Below are positions 40,992-50,815 of a stretch of 64,000 bases of DNA, in pieces (position 1 is the stretch's first letter; each line of letters begins with the position of its first letter). The DNA is taken from assembly GCA_965215505.1 (NCBI GenBank), contig OZ244065.1, forward strand, positions 5,792,001 to 5,856,000, read 5' to 3'. The stretch comes from Capsulimonadaceae bacterium. GTDB lineage: Bacteria; Armatimonadota; Armatimonadia; Armatimonadales; Capsulimonadaceae. A model generated the notes under the pieces. It was given only the letters and a program-made list of their open reading frames with translations, ran no database searches and was not told where the DNA came from. Both the position numbers and the translations under genes were made by a program.

Positions 40992-41589
40992 TTTTGTCCT
41001 CCCCGACTGCGCTGGGTTCGTCCAGGGAAACCTTGTCATAGACCTCCGATAGGGGCAGGGAGCAGCCGAGAGAGGGGAGGAACAGGCTGGCCGCCAGCCC
41101 CTCCACGGCCCTGAACTTCCAGGAACCATCGTCCTGCCGGACGTACTGCTCGACGCGCGCCTTGTTCTGGGAAACAAGGATGTACTCTTGCAGCGAGTCC
41201 AGCCGCCGATAGTGCGCCCACTTCTCGCCCCGGTCGTAGGCTTCCGTCGTGGGCGACAGCACCTCGAACAGCACCGTCGGGTTGATGATGCTGTTCTTGT
41301 CGAGCGGGTGCCGGTGCTGCTCCCCGCAGACGACCGACACGTCCGGGTGCGTCATCAGGCCCGACTGCATGATTGTCACGCGCAGGTCGCTGTTGAAGAC
41401 TTGGCACGGCTCGCGCTTGAGCAAGTTCCCCATCTCACGCCCTATGTTGTTACCGATGGCACTATGCTCAGGGCTGCCGCCTGCCATCGCGAAGATCTGG
41501 CCGGACAGGTATTCGCTCTTGAACTCGGAGGTTTTTTCCAGTTCTATGTACTGTTCAGGCGTGTAGAATGGAACGGGTTGGGCCGACAT
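40978..41589 (-). CDS. Uma2-family (PD-(D/E)xK) endonuclease-like protein
   Basis: MAGGSPEH, HPDVSVVC, EVLSPTTEAYDRGEK and QEYILVSQ motifs. Confidence 0.9.
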   Translation of the reverse strand: MSAQPVPFYTPEQYIELEKTSEFKSEYLSGQIFAMAGGSPEHSAIGNNIGREMGNLLKREPCQVFNSDLRVTIMQSGLMTHPDVSVVCGEQHRHPLDKNSIINPTVLFEVLSPTTEAYDRGEKWAHYRRLDSLQEYILVSQNKARVEQYVRQDDGSWKFRAVEGLAASLFLPSLGCSLPLSEVYDKVSLDEPSAVGEDKNVSA

Positions 41590-41634
41590 ATTTATGCCTC
41601 AGTATTTGGCGTCATACAGCGGCTGCAAAGGGAG

Positions 41635-41769
41635 CCATGCCCTGAAGGGCACGGCTAACCGGCGCAGACGCCGAGAACTACCGCTTCGCGGCAGTGGGAA
41701 AAAGGTACTAGCCCCGCGAAGCGGTGCTTGTTGGCCGAAGGCCGTCTAGCCGTGCCCTTCAGGGCATGG
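41635..41769. repeat. Nested palindromic REPIN-like element 3
   Basis: Perfect 23-bp terminal inverted repeats CCATGCCCTGAAGGGCACGGCTA; inner ACCGCTTCGCGG/CCGCGAAGCGGT. Confidence 0.8.
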
Positions 41770-41774
41770 TTTTC

Positions 41775-42125
41775 TTAGCACAATGCCAAGCTGTTCCACT
41801 CTGTCAGCTTCGCTTTCATCTGCGGCTCTGACCTGAAACCCACAAGTAGTTCATGGAGGAAGCCGTTGAAAATGCAAACCAGCGTCGGCGTAGTCAGCAC
41901 ATCCCATTCTCTTGCGAGCGGCCAATTTTGCTCCTGGTCAAGATCCATCGCGTAGAAGCGCAGGCTTGTGTGGCCCTCGCGCATTCGTTGCAGCCGGGCA
42001 TCAAGGCTCCGACTGGTTGGGTCCCAGACCGCCCAGAGTAGGATTACAATTACACAGCCGCTTCCAGCCGCCTGACTGAAGCTCTCTGCTTCAATGACTG
42101 GCAGAGACGGGACATACGTTTCCAT
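41775..42125 (-). CDS. Thioredoxin-fold protein lacking CxxC
   Basis: LWAVWDPTSR in place of FWAxWCGPC; MDLDQE, TTPTL cis-Pro and LVGFR. Start is 42125 or 42158. Confidence 0.65.
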   Translation of the reverse strand: METYVPSLPVIEAESFSQAAGSGCVIVILLWAVWDPTSRSLDARLQRMREGHTSLRFYAMDLDQEQNWPLAREWDVLTTPTLVCIFNGFLHELLVGFRSEPQMKAKLTEWNSLALC

Positions 42126-42299
42126 GAAAGCAGCCTTATGGAACAAGTACCACGCCACTCATCGGCATTCCTGCATGATTCTCCCATAGATGATCATGCC
42201 GTCTTTCCGATTAACGGCGACAAAAAGAGGGTAGAAGCCGTAATAACCACCTGCAATATTCCCCAGTCCTTTTGAAAGTCGGAAAGGCATTCATCCACC

Positions 42300-45200
42300 A
42301 TGTTCAAACTGCCACTCTTCTCGTCCAGCGGCGGCGATGGGAAGAAGCGCCAGGCCCAGCCGTTCAGCCGGATGACGCAGCACAAGGAGTCGCGGCTCGA
42401 AGGCGCGACCGTGACCGAGAGCGTCTGCCCCTACTGTGCGGTCGGGTGCGGCCAGCACATCTACACCAAGGGCGGCCAGATCATTGACATCGAGGGCAAC
42501 CCGCACTCGCCGATCAATGAGGGGACGCTATGCCCAAAGGGCGCGAACGTCTTCCAGCTCGCCCGCAACCCGCACCGGGTCAAGCATGTCCTGTATCGCG
42601 CGCCCTATGCGACCGAGTGGGAGCGGAAGCCGCTGGAGTGGGCGATGGAACGGATCGCGCAGAAAGTCCACGACGCCCGCGAACGTGGCTGGACCGAGAA
42701 GGACGACCAGGGCCAGACGATCAACGCCGTCCGCAACATCGGAACGCTGGGCGGCGCGACACTGGACAACGAAGAGAACTACCTGATCAAGAAGCTGTTC
42801 ACGGCGGGGCTGGGAGTGCTTTCCGTCGAGAATCAGGCGCGCATCTGACATTCTGCTTCCGTGCCCGGTCTGGGCGCGACATTCGGCCGCGGCGCGGCCA
42901 CACAATACCAGCAGGATCTCGCCAACAGCGACGCCATTCTCATCATGGGTTCCAACATGGCCGAGGCGCACCCGGTCGGCTTCCGCTGGCCGATGAAGGC
43001 CAAAGCCAAGGGCGGCAAGATCATCCATGTGGACCCCCGCTTCACGCGCACCTCGGCGATGGCCGACCTGCACGTCCAGATCCGGGCTGGCTCGGACATC
43101 GCGTTTTTGGGTGCGCTGGTCAACTACGTCTTGACCCAAGAGCGCTGGTTTAAAGAGTATGTGCTGGCATATTCCAACGCTTCCACGATCGTGGACGAAC
43201 GGTTCCAGGATACGGAGGCGCTGGACGGCCTGTTCAGCGGCTACGACCCGGAAACACGCTCCTACGACCCTTCCGAGGGCTACTGGAGTTACAAGCAGCC
43301 GGAGGGCGAAGACAAAGGCGATGGCGACGCTCGCGGCAAAATGTCCGGCAACTCGAACGGAGTCCACGGGCCGGGCATCCAGGGCGGGGCCAGTACGCAC
43401 AACTCCCCCCAGGGCCAGTCCACGGAGTCCAAGGCCGGGTACATCGAGCGCGACGAGACTTTGCAGGACCCGAACTGCGTCATGCAGCTTTTGCGCCGCC
43501 ACTTCGCGCGCTACACGCCTGAGATGGCCGCCGACATCTGCGGCTGCACCCCGGAGCAGGTCATCAAAGTCGCCGAAACCTTGTGCGACAATTCGGGCCG
43601 GGAGCGCACCAGCGCCCTCGTCTACGCGGTCGGCTGGACCATGCACACGACCGGCGTCCAGATCATCCGCACGGCCAGCATCCTCCAGACTTTGTTGGGG
43701 AACATGGGGCGGCCGGGAGGCGGCATCATGGCCCTGCGCGGCCACGCCAGCATCCAGGGATCTACGGACATCCCGACGCTCTACGATCTGCTGCCGGGTT
43801 ACCTGCCCCAGCCGACTTCCGAGCCGTCGCACGATACGCTGGACTCGTATGTGAAATACGAGGGCCTGCCGACCGGCTATTGGGCCAACTTCAAGGAGTT
43901 CATCGTCAGCCTGCTCAAAGCCTATTACGGTGAGGCGGCCACGAAGGCGAACGACTTCTGCTACAACTGGCTGCCGCGTCTCGACGACGACTACTCGATG
44001 ATCCTGGCCTTCCAGCGTATGGCGAAGGGCGACTTTGAGGGTTACTTCCTGTTCGGCCAGAACCCCGCCGCCGGGTCGGTCAACGCCAAGGTCGTCCGCG
44101 AAGGCTTGCGGAACCTGGACTGGCTCGTCGTCGCCGACTGGTTCGAGACGGAGAGCGCCGTCTTCTGGAAGAACGACCCGACCGGGCCGCCGCCTGAGCA
44201 AGTAGCGACCGAAGTGTTCTTCATCCCGGCGGCTTCATCCCCGGAGAAAGAGGGGACGCTGACCAACACGCAGCGGCTCATCCAATGGCACGACAAGGCT
44301 ATTGACCCGCCGGACGACTGCCGCTCGGACCTGTGGTTCCTGTACAACCTGGGCAAGCGACTAAAAAAGCTGTATGAAGGCTCGACGCAGTCGAAAGACC
44401 AGCCCCTCCTGCACCTGACCTGGGACTACGATTACGATGAGCATCCACTGCTGCCGGACGGCACGTCGAGCCGCATCGAGGGCGAGCCGGACGCCTTGAA
44501 AGTGCTTCAGGAGATCAATGGCTACCACACGACCGAGGTAGACCCGGAGACTGGCAAGTGGAAATTGCTGTCGGGCTTCTCGGACTGCAAGGATGACGGC
44601 ACGACGGCCTGCGGCGGCTGGATCTATTCCGGCGTCACGCCCGCGCCAAATGTCAACCGCGCCCGCGACCGGGTCCGCACGCCGGACAACCCGCTGGACC
44701 CCAAATGGGGCTACGCCTGGCCTCATAACCGGCGCGTCCTGTACAATCGGGCCAGCGCGGACCCCGAGGGTAACCCCTGGTCGGAGCGCAAGAAGCTGAT
44801 CTGGTGGGACAAGGCCGAGAAGAAGTGGACCGGCGACGACGAGCCGGACTTTGAGCCGGACAAGGACCCCGCCTACCGCGCCCCCAAAGACGCCGTTGGG
44901 ATGAAGGCCATTGACGGCGATGCGCCGTTCATCATGCACCCGGACGGCCTGGCCTGGCTGTTCGCGCCCGGCGGGACTAAGGATGCGCCGCTTCCGACCC
45001 ACTACGAGCCGGTCGAGTCGCCAGTCCGCAACCTGCTCTACAATGCGACGCAGGACAACCCGACGACGCGCTATTTCGCCGACCTGCCGGGGAACCAATT
45101 GGCGCGCTACCCGGAGGATGATTTCCCGGTCGTCGCCTGCACCTTCCGGCTGACGGAACACTACCTGAGCGGCCCGATGTCGCGGTTCAACTCGTGGCTG

Positions 45201-45674
45201 AACGAGCTGATGCCTTCCATGTTCATCGAGATCGGCCCGGAACTCGCCGCCGAGCATGGCATTTCGAACGGGGACTGGATGACCTGCGAGTCGAAGCGGG
45301 CGAAGATCGAGGCCCGCGCCCTGGTGACGCGGCGCACCAAGCCGATGGTCATTGACGGCAAGACGATCCACCAGGTCGGCATCCCGTTCCAGTGGGGCTT
45401 CGCGGGCGAGGTGGTCGGCAGCAGCGCCAACGACTTGACCTCGCTCGTCGCTGACCCGAACGTGACGATGCACGAGGCGAAGGTCTTCGCCTGCCGCGTC
45501 CGCGCGGGCCGGGCCGACGACCAGCCGCGCGAGCCGACGGCGAAGATGGAGCAATGGGCTAACCGTGAGCCGGTCCCGGACACGCCTGCGGGCGCACAGC
45601 CCGAGGGCCATTTGGGGAGGCACTTGCGTCAGGACGGGCCGACCATCGGCCCCGTAGAGAAGAAGCAACCATGA
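42300..45674 (+). CDS. Selenocysteine-containing formate dehydrogenase alpha subunit (Mo/W-bisPGD)
   Basis: CPYCAVGCG...LCPKG Fe-S motif; ENQARI-TGA(42846-42848)-HSASVPGL in frame; ALRGH. Joins ORFs 42300..42848 and 42861..45674. Confidence 0.93.
42861..42877 (+). promoter_or_regulatory. SECIS-like hairpin in fdh alpha
   Basis: GTGCCC-GGTCT-GGGCGC starting 12 nt after the UGA. Confidence 0.65.
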
Positions 45675-46522
45675 TCCAACTAGAAATGATGCAGAGCCTG
45701 GGCAACGCCTTCCCGCCCCGGCGGACGGAGGTTCCAAGCCCCGGCCCGGACGGGCAGGACCAGATGGGCTTCTTCACCGACACCAGCCTTTGCATCGGCT
45801 GCAAGGCCTGCGAGGTCGCCTGCAAGCAGTGGAACCAACTGCCCTCGGACGGCTTCAAGTTCACCGGGAACTCCTACGACAACACGGAGGCGCTGTCGGC
45901 GACGACTTGGCGGCACGTCGCGTTCCAGGAGCAGATCGGCGAAACGTCGTCGCGGTGGCTGATGATGAGCGACGTCTGTAAGCACTGCGAGGATGCGCCC
46001 TGCGTCCAGTCCTGCCCGACCGGGGCGCTGATCTATAACGAGTACGGCAACGTCTACGTCCAGGATGACATTTGCAACGGCTGCGGGTACTGCGTCTCGG
46101 CCTGCCCATTCGGCGTGATCGGGCGCTCCTCAGAAGACGGCCACGCCCACAAATGCACACTCTGTTATGACCGCCAGAAGGGCGGGATGCAGCCCGCCTG
46201 CGCCAAAGCCTGCCCGACGGCGTCCATCCAGTTCGGGCCTGTGGACAAGCTCCGGGAACACGCCCGCCAGCGCGTCGAGGACCTGCGCGCGCAGGGCAAC
46301 GACAGCGCCTATCTTTATGGGGCAGAGTCGGTTGGCGATTACGGAAGCCTGAATTCGTTCTTCCTGCTGGAAGACCACCCGAACCGCTACAACCTGCCGG
46401 AAGCCCCGCCGCAGCCGCTCAAGACGCAGAACAAGCGCTACGCGGCCAGCCTCCTGACGGGGCTGGCCTTGACCGCGCTGGCGGGCCTGTTCCTGGCGAA
46501 AGGGGCGAGTGATGCCGCCTGA
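45671..46522 (+). CDS. Formate dehydrogenase iron-sulfur (beta) subunit with C-terminal TM helix
   Basis: CIGCKACEVAC, CKHC..APC..CP, CNGCGYCVSACP and CTLC...PACAKACP. Confidence 0.92.
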   Translation: MIQLEMMQSLGNAFPPRRTEVPSPGPDGQDQMGFFTDTSLCIGCKACEVACKQWNQLPSDGFKFTGNSYDNTEALSATTWRHVAFQEQIGETSSRWLMMSDVCKHCEDAPCVQSCPTGALIYNEYGNVYVQDDICNGCGYCVSACPFGVIGRSSEDGHAHKCTLCYDRQKGGMQPACAKACPTASIQFGPVDKLREHARQRVEDLRAQGNDSAYLYGAESVGDYGSLNSFFLLEDHPNRYNLPEAPPQPLKTQNKRYAASLLTGLALTALAGLFLAKGASDAA

Positions 46523-47618
46523 GACAGAGACGCGGGGCCGCTGGGACGCCGTGGACGGCATCCCGGTCAACAAGACACCCGACGACATAACGCCCTTCGA
46601 GCAGACCTTGAAGCAGAAGCCTTTCACCGAGGGCCTGCCCGCTTTCAGCACGGGCGACAAGAAGGACGGCACTCCCGCCTATTACGACATCCCGCTGCTG
46701 AAAGCGCCGGTCTGGACGCACGAGGTCGGCATCTACTTCTTCCTGGGCGGCATGTCCTCCAGCGCGTTCAGCATCGCGCGGATGGCGGACCGCTTCGGGC
46801 GGGGCAAGTACCGGAACGTGACGCAGGTTGGCACGACGATCGCCGCCCTGACGGCCCTGCCCTGTGCGCCACTGCTGATCTGGGACCTCGGGGACCGCAC
46901 CCGGTTCCATCACATGCTGCGCGTCTGGAAGCCCTCCTCGCCGATGAACCTGGGGAGTTGGACGCTGACCGTTTACACCCTCATGGGCGGCATTGCCGCC
47001 CTGCGCGAGTTCCTGCGGGTCCTGCGGAAAGACGCGCCGCTCACCGGAACCGCGAGGGCGGTGGACGAAACGGCGGGCCTGGTCGCCGACGGCGTGGGCG
47101 TCCCACTCGGCCTGTTGCTGGCCGGCTATACGGGCGTCCTGCTGTCCACGACGGCAAACCCGCTATGGAGCCGCAACTCCTGGATCGGTGCCCTCTTCAG
47201 TGCAAGTGCTGTCGCGGCTGGCTCGGGGGCCATCAAGCTGTCCCTGGAGGTGCTGGGGCAGGAGGGCGCGGCGACCGAAGCATTAGGAAAGGTCGAGTCG
47301 GCGGCCCACGCCGTCGAGGCCGTCTGCCACGCCGGGTTCTTGGCGCAGGCCGGCCCGCTGGCGAAGCCGCTGACGCAGGGCGAGTTCAAGCACGAGTACC
47401 TGTGGGGCGCGATTGGGGCGGGGATCGTCCTGCCGGAACTGCTGAACTGCATTCCCGCGCCCAAGCCCGCAAAACGCTGGCTGACGGTCGCGGCGGGCCT
47501 CGCCGCCCTGGCCGGCGGCTTCGCCCTGCGCTCGGCCTTCGTCGCCGCCGGCAAGCCCGCCGCCGACGACCCGGACCTATCCCGTCTGGCGACCGGCGAG
47601 AGAGGCGGCACGGCATGA
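46509..47618 (+). CDS. NrfD/PsrC-family membrane anchor subunit
   Basis: W..EVGIYFFLGG, LIWDLG..RF.HML, SPMNLGSW and YTGVLL motifs. Confidence 0.85.
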   Translation: MMPPETETRGRWDAVDGIPVNKTPDDITPFEQTLKQKPFTEGLPAFSTGDKKDGTPAYYDIPLLKAPVWTHEVGIYFFLGGMSSSAFSIARMADRFGRGKYRNVTQVGTTIAALTALPCAPLLIWDLGDRTRFHHMLRVWKPSSPMNLGSWTLTVYTLMGGIAALREFLRVLRKDAPLTGTARAVDETAGLVADGVGVPLGLLLAGYTGVLLSTTANPLWSRNSWIGALFSASAVAAGSGAIKLSLEVLGQEGAATEALGKVESAAHAVEAVCHAGFLAQAGPLAKPLTQGEFKHEYLWGAIGAGIVLPELLNCIPAPKPAKRWLTVAAGLAALAGGFALRSAFVAAGKPAADDPDLSRLATGERGGTA

Positions 47619-48013
47619 AAGTCCGCTGGAACCGAGACAGCGTCCGCCTGCGTATCACACCTTCGGAGATGGCGATGATCCTGGGCGGCGAACAGGTCGC
47701 GGAGGAGCTTTGTTTCCCCGGCGGGGCGGCCTGGCGGATCGTCGTCAATGCCGGGCCGCAGACCGCCCTTGCCTCGGAAAGCAGCGCCGCAAGCGTCGCC
47801 CTCTCGGCGGAGGACCGCGAAAAGCTTGCCGAGCCGGACGCCGAGGGCGTCTACCTTCAGGCTGGCGGCCTGCGCTACTACATCGAGAAAGACTTCCCGT
47901 GCGTCCACAAGCGCGGTGCCGAGGCATTAGAACCGGACACGGAGACGTTCGTCCCCCCGGCGGGGTTTGAAGAGCGTAAGTTAGAAACGGAGACGGAGAT
48001 AAATGGCGACTGA
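47615..48013 (+). CDS. Hypothetical protein at the end of the fdh operon
   Basis: MKVRWNRDSVRLRI...YYIEKDFPCVHKR; ATGA overlap with the NrfD-family gene. Confidence 0.65.
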   Translation: MKVRWNRDSVRLRITPSEMAMILGGEQVAEELCFPGGAAWRIVVNAGPQTALASESSAASVALSAEDREKLAEPDAEGVYLQAGGLRYYIEKDFPCVHKRGAEALEPDTETFVPPAGFEERKLETETEINGD

Positions 48014-48410
48014 TCTGGTACGCTGGGGCTATACGCCGGACGGCGACGGTGGGCGTGACAGCGAGAATGAGAAAGAGGACGAGTGGAACCGGCCCCCGGT
48101 TGAACCGCGCCCGCACCGGCGCTCCGGCCCGATCCATGATGGCCGCAGTGAGTTCGGCGCGCGCCAGGCGGACCGGGAAGCTGCCGACGCGCAGGCGCGG
48201 GGCGATGTCTCCTTCGCCAAGATGCGCGAGGGAGACGCCGCCGACCTGCGCCAGAGCCGCTGGGACTGGGGCGATGCGCGGACGTGGATATGGATCGTCG
48301 GCATGTGCCTCGCGTTTCTGCTGGTCAACATTCTCATCTACTATATGCCCTATGGCCGTCACAACCAAAACGACGGGACCAATCCGACGCCCACCATCCG
48401 CGTTTACTAA
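48003..48410 (+). CDS. Hypothetical single-TM protein
   Basis: Hydrophilic N-terminus, WIWIVGMCLAFLLVNILIYY helix; GGAG RBS. Confidence 0.55.
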   Translation: MATDLVRWGYTPDGDGGRDSENEKEDEWNRPPVEPRPHRRSGPIHDGRSEFGARQADREAADAQARGDVSFAKMREGDAADLRQSRWDWGDARTWIWIVGMCLAFLLVNILIYYMPYGRHNQNDGTNPTPTIRVY

Positions 48411-48449
48411 CCCCGCTTGATGCCCTTCCGCCCCTTCGATTAGGTCCTC

Positions 48450-50096
48450 TTGGCGGGAGGCATCTCGCGTCACTTCCGGGGTGCTGCTGTTCTACCTCGG
48501 TTCCCCGTGAACGCGCGCTCCCTTTTCCGGCAGAAGGAAACCGGGACAGCCGCGCCGAACGATGTGACAGTGTTATCTTCCTCCCCTTCAGAGCCTTTGT
48601 GGGACAAGCGGGCCTGGTTCCTCGGCCTGCTCCTGAGCAACCTCGCCGGTCTGCTGCTGTTCTGCGCCTGCTACCCGACCTCCCGCCGCTTCCTGGAGTC
48701 TGCTTTTCCCTACTCGGTGTTCGGCTTCGATACCGATGACTCGCTTGGCATAGTAGGCGTAGGGCTTGGCATGATCTTTGCCCCTGCGATCATGTCAGGT
48801 ATAGCAGGCCGCTTTTACGCACTTTGGGGGCTGCTGCCATTCCCCTTGTTCTCTGTATGGTTTTCTGCCGCTGCCGTCGTTGCCTATGTGCCCATAGATT
48901 TAGACGGCAGCGTCGTTCTTTCAACAGCAGTGATCTGCTGGGGCGTTTCTTCATGGCCTATCTCTCTGGTCCGGTATTACCTCCAGCGCCACCGTAAAAT
49001 CGCGGTGCCTACCGCTCGCTCCGCCTTCGAGCCGCCGCCCCGAAGCCGTTTTGCTGCCACCAGTGTCACTGCCGCATTTACCGCGATCACACTCCTCGGC
49101 TGGTACAATCTCAAACACCCTGCCTCCCTTGGAGTCAATGCCCGTACTTCTTGGCGGCTCGGAGCGGAGGCTCATGTCCCTCTCATTATAAATGACAGGA
49201 AGGTTTACATGAATGCATGGTTCGGTGGCAAAAAAGAAGTCTGCCGGTTGGATACCGGCATGGACACAGTTGAGTGGTCGAAAAGGTTACACCTTCGGGG
49301 AAACCCGACCAGGGAGTATGGACAAAGCTGTGACCCAACAGGAAGTTGTGTTGATACCCAGACCGTCATACTGCCGGATGTTCGCATCGGAAATTATGGA
49401 GTGGCCGACCTGCCGACAGATGCCATAGGGATTGACCTGAACCCGCTATCAGTCTTTCGTCCGACCGACGTTAATCCTGAAGTGACGCTTGGCAACGCCG
49501 CTTTCATTCAAACCGTGATGACGGTAGATTACCGGAACAGGGAGTTGACCCTCCGCCCATCCAAATACAACTTCATGCAGCATCTGAAGGAAGGGGATCG
49601 AGTCTTACAGATGCGTTGGGCGACGGACGATGGGGATAACAACCAGGAGCGCAGGCTTTACGGCTGGCCCGCCGTTCGGGTATCGGTTGACGGGGCTTCT
49701 TTCTGGTGTACCCTGGACACAGGATGGGATGGACCGGAACTCGGCCTGACGGGAGATTTCATGAAGCGCCATCCTTCCGTCGGGGGAGCTAAACACGATC
49801 TATTCCAGTTCGGCGCGATGCACGGCTCCGCACAGGTGGAGCGCCTCCACGACCTCAACGTCACCCTCCCTTGTTCCTGGCCGCCGCACACGGCTCCTCT
49901 CCCTCTGCGAATGGACGGCCTGGTCACGCCGACGCTCTATGGAGGTGATGGGGTGATCGGCCTCGCCCTGATGAGGCGCTACCGCATCACGATAGACTAT
50001 CAAAGGGGGCGCGTCCTGCTGGAGCCTTACGCACAGGACGGGCTAGGCCGGAAGCAGGAGAAGGCAGGGCCGAAGCCGAAACAAAAGGCCATATGA
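48450..50096 (+). CDS. Membrane protein with two retropepsin-like aspartyl protease domains
   Basis: N-terminal TM helices; LDTGM...TLGN..F...TVDY and LDTGW...GVIG..LM...TIDY. Start uncertain. Confidence 0.7.
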   Translation: MAGGISRHFRGAAVLPRFPVNARSLFRQKETGTAAPNDVTVLSSSPSEPLWDKRAWFLGLLLSNLAGLLLFCACYPTSRRFLESAFPYSVFGFDTDDSLGIVGVGLGMIFAPAIMSGIAGRFYALWGLLPFPLFSVWFSAAAVVAYVPIDLDGSVVLSTAVICWGVSSWPISLVRYYLQRHRKIAVPTARSAFEPPPRSRFAATSVTAAFTAITLLGWYNLKHPASLGVNARTSWRLGAEAHVPLIINDRKVYMNAWFGGKKEVCRLDTGMDTVEWSKRLHLRGNPTREYGQSCDPTGSCVDTQTVILPDVRIGNYGVADLPTDAIGIDLNPLSVFRPTDVNPEVTLGNAAFIQTVMTVDYRNRELTLRPSKYNFMQHLKEGDRVLQMRWATDDGDNNQERRLYGWPAVRVSVDGASFWCTLDTGWDGPELGLTGDFMKRHPSVGGAKHDLFQFGAMHGSAQVERLHDLNVTLPCSWPPHTAPLPLRMDGLVTPTLYGGDGVIGLALMRRYRITIDYQRGRVLLEPYAQDGLGRKQEKAGPKPKQKAI

Positions 50097-50788
50097 TCTT
50101 GAGGAAACACTTCGGCCCCTCGGGCCTGCTGTTGGTCGGCGCGCTGTGCGGCCTGTTTGGCGCGGGCTGCCGCACGGGGTCGCAGCCGGAGGGGGGGACG
50201 GCCCAGGTGCGGCTGATCAATGCCGTGCCGGACTCGGGGGGGCTGAACGTCTCCGCCGACGGGCGGCGCGTCTGGACGCGGGCGCTGTTCCGCAGCAGCA
50301 CCGGCTACCAGGGGGTCAATGCCGGAACCTACCCGGTGCGTCTGGATTCTGCCGCGTTCGGCGCGACGCTGCTGGTGCGGCCCATTTCGTTTGAAAAGGG
50401 CCACGATTACACGGTGCTTGTCCTGGGGCAGATGCGGAATGGGGGGAGGCCGGTGGAGGCGCAGGTGGTGGAGGACGACACGCCGGGTCGGGTCGAGCAG
50501 GGCAAAACGACCCTGCGGCTGGTCAACGCGGCGTTGGGGCTTGAGCCGGTGGATTTGGTCGTCAGCAACATCGTCGGCCTCCAGAACGTCGCCTACGGCA
50601 AGCGCAGCCCGGCCCTGACGCTGGACGGCGGCTCTTACGACCTGAAAATCGTCCCCGCTGAGACGCCGGACACGCTAGTCGGACCGATCACACTGCGCCT
50701 CGAACCGGGCCGCGCCTATACGCTGGTCGTGATGGGCCGGGCATCCGACGGCACACTCAGCCTGGAAGCCTTCCCGGACGCCCCGTGA
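50093..50788 (+). CDS. DUF4397-like lipoprotein
   Basis: Lipobox-like FGAGC; two repeats, VRLINAVPD and LRLVNAA. Confidence 0.7.
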   Translation: MILRKHFGPSGLLLVGALCGLFGAGCRTGSQPEGGTAQVRLINAVPDSGGLNVSADGRRVWTRALFRSSTGYQGVNAGTYPVRLDSAAFGATLLVRPISFEKGHDYTVLVLGQMRNGGRPVEAQVVEDDTPGRVEQGKTTLRLVNAALGLEPVDLVVSNIVGLQNVAYGKRSPALTLDGGSYDLKIVPAETPDTLVGPITLRLEPGRAYTLVVMGRASDGTLSLEAFPDAP

Positions 50789-50791
50789 AAA

Positions 50792-50815
50792 GGGCGCGAT
50801 GAATCACGCCCCTAC
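50792..50815 (-). repeat. Isolated GTAG-type REP
   Basis: GTAGGGGCGTGATTCATCGCGCCC on the minus strand; near-identical copy inside the element at 52.2 kb. Confidence 0.75.

Noticed and set aside
32583-42300. Genomic island integrated at selC
   Set aside because: I found no duplicated tRNA 3' end and no integrase, and fdhD follows selC directly.
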